Shown here piece by piece: positions 59,353 through 64,000 of a stretch of DNA of 64,000 nucleotides. A program made the translations under genes and the position numbers. This DNA is from an uncultured Acidobacteriota bacterium. Lineage in GTDB: Bacteria > Acidobacteriota > Terriglobia > Terriglobales > Acidobacteriaceae. Every line of letters starts with the position of its first letter. The first letter of the stretch is position 1. The notes below the pieces were generated by a model. It made no database searches. It saw only the letters and a list, made by a program, of their open reading frames with translations, and had not been told where the DNA came from. The DNA lies in contig CAVOWU010000011.1 in the NCBI GenBank assembly GCA_963700225.1, positions 758 through 64,757 on the forward strand. Direction: 5' to 3'.

Positions 59353-60172
59353 ATGCAATTCGTGGATAAGGCACTCGCTCGCCGTTTGGAATCGTGCGAG
59401 GAGATGCCGCAGGTGTTCTACGCGCGAGCATTTCAGAAGACGCGGCCCGAGATCGGGGCCGCCGAAGAAGAAATTTGCGGTGGTCACATGGTGTTTGCCG
59501 GTATCGGTTCACCGATCGGCCGGGCGACTGGAGCGGGGCTGGATCGGCCGCTCACTTCAGATGACCTCAATCGCATCGAGCAGTTCTACCGCGAGCACAA
59601 GGCGCCGTCGCAGGTCGACGTTTGTCCCTTGCATCCGCCAGAGCTGTTTGAAATGTTTAAAGATCGAGGCTATGCGTTTGCTGAGCTGAATAACGTTCTC
59701 TACAGGAAACTCGATCCGGCGGAGAAGTTCCCGCCGCCTCCCGATCACTGTCAGATTCGTCGCAGTTACCCGGAGGAAGCCGAGCGTCACTGGCGCAATC
59801 GTGGAGAGCGCCTTCTTTCCCGATGGTGCGCCCGAGCCCTTTCAGGGACTGATCGCGCCGCTTTATCAGATGGAAGGCGCTTTAGCTTTCGTCGCCACGG
59901 TAGACGGCAAGCCGGTAGCCTGCGGCGCGGGACTAGTCATTCCGGATCACAAAGTGTTCGCTTTGTGCGGTGCGGGCACGTTGACCGCATATCGCGGGCG
60001 AGGTTTCCAGACTGCTCTTTTCCGGTCTCGCATGGCGGCTGCAGCCGAGGCCGGATGCGAATACGCGGTCGTGGTCACGCAAGGCGGTTCGGCTTCCCAA
60101 CGCAATGCCGAGCGCCTCGGCTTCCGCGTGGCCTACAGCAAAGTGACGGTGATTAAACAAATGCAGGCATAA
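59353..60172 (+). pseudogene. GNAT-family N-acetyltransferase interrupted by one frameshift near 59791-59797
   Basis: The N-terminal part comes from ATG 59353 (ORF 59299..60156, which turns into Arg-rich junk after ..PEEAERHW). The C-terminal part comes from ORF 59801..60172 (IVESAFFPDGAP...GAGTLTAYRGRGFQTALF...QRNAERLGF, the acetyl-CoA binding motif). Confidence 0.75.
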
Positions 60173-60242
60173 GGGCCGCGCCATCCCGGCCGAACGATCG
60201 CGGGATTGCTTTCTGTTGCTTTCCGATTGCATATTGGAAGGA

Positions 60243-60866
60243 ATGTCTGCGAAAGGGTTCACGCTGCAAGGTAAGCATATTCGCCTGGAACCGCTGGAAC
60301 TTCATCATGTCGATGGATTGGCTGCAGCCTCCGCGGCCGATCCGTCACTCTACCGCTGGAGTCCCATTCCGCAGGGTCCAGCCGAGGCGACGAAGTATGT
60401 CGAGACCGCGCTCGCCTGGCAAGAGGCAGGCACCGCGGTTCCGTTCGCGATCGTCCGCGTGCAGGACAGCGCCGTCATCGGCTCGACACGCTTTTGGAAT
60501 CTTGAACGATGGGCGTGGCCGCAGCGGCACCCGGCTCATGGACGCGAAGTCCCAGATGCCTGTGAGATTGGCTATACATGGTTCGCGAAGTCAGCAATCC
60601 GCACCGGAGCGAATACTGAGGCTAAGCTCCTCATGCTGAGGCACGCCTTCGAAGTCTGGCAGGTTCTCCGTGTGTGCTTCCATACGGACTCCCGGAATCA
60701 GCGCTCCCGGGCCGCGCTCGAGCGCATCGGAGGCCGGTTCGAAGGGATCCTCCGAGCGCACAGGATGGCGGCTGATTTCATCCCCCGCGATTCGGTTCGC
60801 TATTCGATCGTCGCCTCGGAATGGCCGGCGGTGAAGCAACACCTGATTCAACTTGCGGCCCGATAG
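60243..60866 (+). CDS. GNAT-family N-acetyltransferase (RimJ/RimL-like)
   Basis: ATG 60243: LQGKHIRLEPLELHHVDGL..., WFAKSAIRTGANTEAKLLMLRHAFE, ALERIGGRFEG. Confidence 0.85.
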   Translation: MSAKGFTLQGKHIRLEPLELHHVDGLAAASAADPSLYRWSPIPQGPAEATKYVETALAWQEAGTAVPFAIVRVQDSAVIGSTRFWNLERWAWPQRHPAHGREVPDACEIGYTWFAKSAIRTGANTEAKLLMLRHAFEVWQVLRVCFHTDSRNQRSRAALERIGGRFEGILRAHRMAADFIPRDSVRYSIVASEWPAVKQHLIQLAAR

Positions 60867-61201
60867 CAGCTTCGCTTTCCGACTACGTGATCGTCTTGGG
60901 CTCGAGACCGTAAGCCTTGACTCGGCGCTGCGGGTTTCGTCGTCCGGGCGTTTTGCTTCGCCAGCAACTTGTCTGCGATCACGGCGGCATCGAAAAGCTT
61001 CGGGAACGATTTCACCGCCGCTTCTTTTCAAGTAAAAGCTAACCACCCTGACCTCCCTCATCAAGCAAGGGCTCTAAGGGCTGCTCTTCCGATTCTTTTC
61101 CGCACCGCACCGGCGCGAATTTAGCCCGGGCTTGAGGCCCTTAGGCTGCCCCTGTGGGGATTTGACTCTTTCCCCATTGCTCGGTAGCCTCAAGAGTTCT
61201 C

Positions 61202-62995
61202 GTGCGTTTCCGAACCTCTTCACAAGCGATGCGATCTCCACATAAATCATTGATTTTTCTACTGATCGTAACCGCTGGGGTCAGCCTGGACGCCCCTTCT
61301 CGTGCTGCCGGAGCAACCTATCCGGTACACGCACAGCACGCCATGGTCGTTACCGTCCATGCGCTGGCATCCCAGGTGGGAGTAGATATCATGCAGGCCG
61401 GCGGCAATGCCGTCGACGCCGCTGTCGCGACCGGATTCGCCCTCGCAGTCGTTCATCCACCGGCGGGAAACATAGGCGGCGGCGGGTTCATGCTGATCCG
61501 CATGGCGGATGGCAAGACCCATTTCCTCGATTACCGCGAAAAGGCGCCGGCTGCCGCGACTCGAGACATGTACCTGGATGCCCAGGGCAACGTCATTCCC
61601 AGAGCGAGCGAGATCGGTTACAAGTCCATCGGAGTGCCGGGCTCCGTCGCCGGACTCGTCTACGCCGAGCAAAAGTATGGAAAGCTGACCCTCAAGCAAG
61701 TCATGGCTCCGGCCATCAAGCTGGCCCGCGACGGCTATGTCCTCACGTGGGGCGAGGCCGCCGATATGCATGACGAAGGGCTCGCAAAGTTCGCAGAGTC
61801 TCGCCGAATCTTCCAGCGCAACGGCGACTACTACAAGCCAGGGGATATCTTCCGCCAACCGGATCTGGCTCGCACGCTTGAACGAATTGCCGACCATCCT
61901 GACGACTTTTATCATGGCGTCCTCGCCCGCGAATTAGCCGCTGCCCTGCAAAAGGGTGGAGGCCTCATCACCGCTGATGATCTGGCTCACTACGAAGTCA
62001 AAGAGCGCGAGCCCGTCCGCGGCAGCTACCGCGGATACGAGGTGATCAGCGCTCCTCCGCCATCGTCCGGCGGGACAGTGCTGATCGAGACACTGAACAT
62101 TCTGGAAGGCTACGACCTTGAGAAGATGCAAGACAGGTCTGCGCAATCGATCCACTACACCGTGGAAGCCTTCAGGCGCGCATTCTTCGATCGGGCTGAA
62201 TTTATGGGCGATCCTGATTTCGCCAAGATTCCGGTAGCCCAGCTTCTGGACAAGAAATATGCGGCCGCGTGGCGCGACAGCATCGAGCCGGCGCACGCCA
62301 GTGCAAGCAAGGAGTTGAAGCGGCCGTCCGTGTTCAACGAATTGGAACAGTACGCGGCCTCTCATCCGCGGGCAACTCAGCCGCACGAATCCAATCACAC
62401 AACTCACTACTCGGTAATCGACGCCGAGGGCAACGCGGTCTCCGTTACGACCACAATTAATGACTGGTTCGGGTCGCGAGTGACCGCCGACGGCCTGGGA
62501 TTTCTGCTCAACGACGAAATGGACGATTTTTCCGCGAAGCCGGGAGTTCCGAACTCAGACGGCCTGATTCAAGGTGCGGCCAACGCCGTTGGCCCAGGGA
62601 AGCGTCCGCTGTCCTCGATGACTCCTACCATTGTCGTGCGTGACGGCAAGACGGTTCTGGTGCTGGGATCGCCCGGAAGCTCGAAAATCATCACGACCGT
62701 GGCCAATGTCCTGATGGGCGCTGTCGACTACGGAATGAACATTCAGGAAGCGGTCAACGCTCCCCGATTCCACAATCAGTGGCTTCCGGACGTCGTCAAC
62801 GTCGAAAAATGGTTTTCGCCTGACACGCTGAACGCCTTGCACGCCATGGGCTACAGAATTCAGGTGGGTTTGGATGCCGAAGGCGATTCGCCCTACTGGA
62901 GCGACGCCGAGTGCATCGCCGTTGATCCCAAGACGGGTGACCGACTGGGTGCGACCGATGGCCGGAATAGCAACGGCAAGGCTGTAGGATACTAG
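61202..62995 (+). CDS. ggt: Gamma-glutamyltransferase
   Basis: Signal peptide, GGNAVDAAVA, GNIGGGGFMLI, catalytic-Thr context NHTTHYSVID, and PGKRPLSSMTP. The start is GTG 61202 or ATG 61229. Confidence 0.93.
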   Translation: MRFRTSSQAMRSPHKSLIFLLIVTAGVSLDAPSRAAGATYPVHAQHAMVVTVHALASQVGVDIMQAGGNAVDAAVATGFALAVVHPPAGNIGGGGFMLIRMADGKTHFLDYREKAPAAATRDMYLDAQGNVIPRASEIGYKSIGVPGSVAGLVYAEQKYGKLTLKQVMAPAIKLARDGYVLTWGEAADMHDEGLAKFAESRRIFQRNGDYYKPGDIFRQPDLARTLERIADHPDDFYHGVLARELAAALQKGGGLITADDLAHYEVKEREPVRGSYRGYEVISAPPPSSGGTVLIETLNILEGYDLEKMQDRSAQSIHYTVEAFRRAFFDRAEFMGDPDFAKIPVAQLLDKKYAAAWRDSIEPAHASASKELKRPSVFNELEQYAASHPRATQPHESNHTTHYSVIDAEGNAVSVTTTINDWFGSRVTADGLGFLLNDEMDDFSAKPGVPNSDGLIQGAANAVGPGKRPLSSMTPTIVVRDGKTVLVLGSPGSSKIITTVANVLMGAVDYGMNIQEAVNAPRFHNQWLPDVVNVEKWFSPDTLNALHAMGYRIQVGLDAEGDSPYWSDAECIAVDPKTGDRLGATDGRNSNGKAVGY

Positions 62996-63097
62996 TACGG
63001 CGATTGTTGAATTTCTGATTGTTGAACGAGACCGAGCAAGGGTTGGCCTGATTCAACAGTCAGCAATCATCGGTTAACAATTTCCCGAGGGGTTTGC

Positions 63098-63919
63098 ATG
63101 CAGAAAGCAGTCTCAACCTATCTCTTCGTGAAAGAGCGGCTGCACCCCGGCATTCTCGACGGGCTCGCGCGCAGCGGTGTGCAGGCCGTCGAGATCTTCG
63201 CTGCCCGCCAGCATCTCGACTATGCCAACCGCAAGGCTCACGTAAAGGAAATTGCTGACTGGTTCCGGGGCAGCGGGATTCCGCTGAACTCTGTTCACTC
63301 GCCGCTCTACGCCGACTATGAGTGGGGACGCGCCGGAGCACCTCCCATTAACATTGCTTCTACGGACCGCGCCGCTCGCGTCGAAGCGATGGATGAGATT
63401 AAGCGGGCCCTGGAGATCGCCGAGCAGATTCCGTTTCGCTTCCTGGTGCAGCACCTGGGCGCGCCCAACGAGAGTTTCAGCGAGAAGAAATTCGAGGCGG
63501 CCATGACCTCGATTGAACACCTTCGGGCCTTTGCCAAGCCGCTCGGCGTGCGGATTCTGCTGGAGAACATTCCCAACGATCTCTCTACGCCCGACAAGCT
63601 GGTAGAGATGATCCATGGCGCGCATTTTGATGACGTGGGTGTCTGCTTCGACTTTGGGCACGCACACATGATGGGCTCGGTGGCGGAGGGATTCGAGATT
63701 CTGCGGAGTCACATCTGCTCCACTCACGTCCACGACAACGACAAGCTGAAAGACACGCACCTGTGGCCGGGGCAGGGAACCATCAACTGGAAGGAAGCGA
63801 TGGAGTTGTTTCGCTCAGCCCCGCAAACGCCGCCTCTGCTGCTGGAATTGGCGGAAGACGAAAAGGTGAACGCGCTGGAAAAGCTGCCGGAATTATTCGA
63901 CAAGCTGGAAAGTGCATAA
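63098..63919 (+). CDS. Sugar phosphate isomerase/epimerase (xylose-isomerase-like TIM barrel)
   Basis: 273 aa. FRFLVQHLG, ILLENIPN, VCFDFGHAHM and THVHDN are the metal-ligand-type motifs of the AP_endonuc_2 fold. Confidence 0.88.
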   Translation: MQKAVSTYLFVKERLHPGILDGLARSGVQAVEIFAARQHLDYANRKAHVKEIADWFRGSGIPLNSVHSPLYADYEWGRAGAPPINIASTDRAARVEAMDEIKRALEIAEQIPFRFLVQHLGAPNESFSEKKFEAAMTSIEHLRAFAKPLGVRILLENIPNDLSTPDKLVEMIHGAHFDDVGVCFDFGHAHMMGSVAEGFEILRSHICSTHVHDNDKLKDTHLWPGQGTINWKEAMELFRSAPQTPPLLLELAEDEKVNALEKLPELFDKLESA

Positions 63920-64000
63920 ATTCAGAGGTTTCAGAATTTCAACCCTGAGCTCATTGAAAACTTGAAACTCTAGAAGTCTTGCTATCTGACAACCTATTTC

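Noticed and set aside
60867-61201. Possible gene fragment on the minus strand (part of ORF 60591..61064)
   Set aside because: The ORF is mostly antisense to the GNAT gene and is Arg-rich. One alternative frame reads like a protein tail (…FPKLFDAAVIADKLLAKQ…), but it has no start or RBS, so I could not support a call.

Overview
GC-rich bacterial chromosomal window with about 60 features. The protein families suggest Acidobacteriota (Terriglobia-like): CarboxypepD_reg-type TonB receptors without SusD partners, dense CAZymes, an orphan MacB-type permease, and an 'HPERS..KDL'-type intergenic repeat. This taxonomy is an inference, not a computed result.

Gene layout, left to right:
1. 1-7324: partial metallophosphoesterase, YncE-like beta-propeller and TonB receptor, then an OmpR/HK pair.
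2. 7377-17954: an intact tRNA-Leu(CAA) and a 5'-truncated near-identical tRNA-Leu(CAG) copy bracket a 10.4-kb single-strand CAZyme operon (CE1-like esterase, GH51, tannase/feruloyl esterase, GH3+PA14, GH9). No integrase is present.
3. 18-32 kb: an accessory-looking stretch. It holds an 8x32-aa Cys-repeat secreted protein, a SYLF protein, a pseudo-REC+REC+zinc-ribbon regulator, Crp/Fnr, many small CxxC or hypothetical ORFs, a translationally coupled GT4-fusion/GH130/zinc-ribbon trio, and OmpA and KE-rich envelope proteins.
4. 32-36 kb: a frameshifted TonB receptor.
5. 38-50.5 kb: my top candidate system, a beta-1,2-glucan-type module. It has a Tat-exported GH144-like glucanase, an NdvA-like ABC exporter, and a cyclic-glucan-synthase-like gene that has the GT84 and cyclization domains but no GH94 domain. 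An AIM24-like gene and a GT2 plus two GT-C membrane glycosyltransferases follow.
6. 50.5-64 kb: housekeeping and miscellaneous genes (SDR, FtsX permease, CruF-like, STAS, Trm112, folD, coaE, HtrA, two GNATs, ggt, sugar-phosphate isomerase).

Six apparent frameshifts in four genes all need the same +1 correction, which suggests systematic single-base insertion error or real pseudogenisation. I saw no rRNA, CRISPR array, transposase, integrase or recognisable defence genes.

All coordinates and translations were done by eye, and family names are from memory of conserved motifs.
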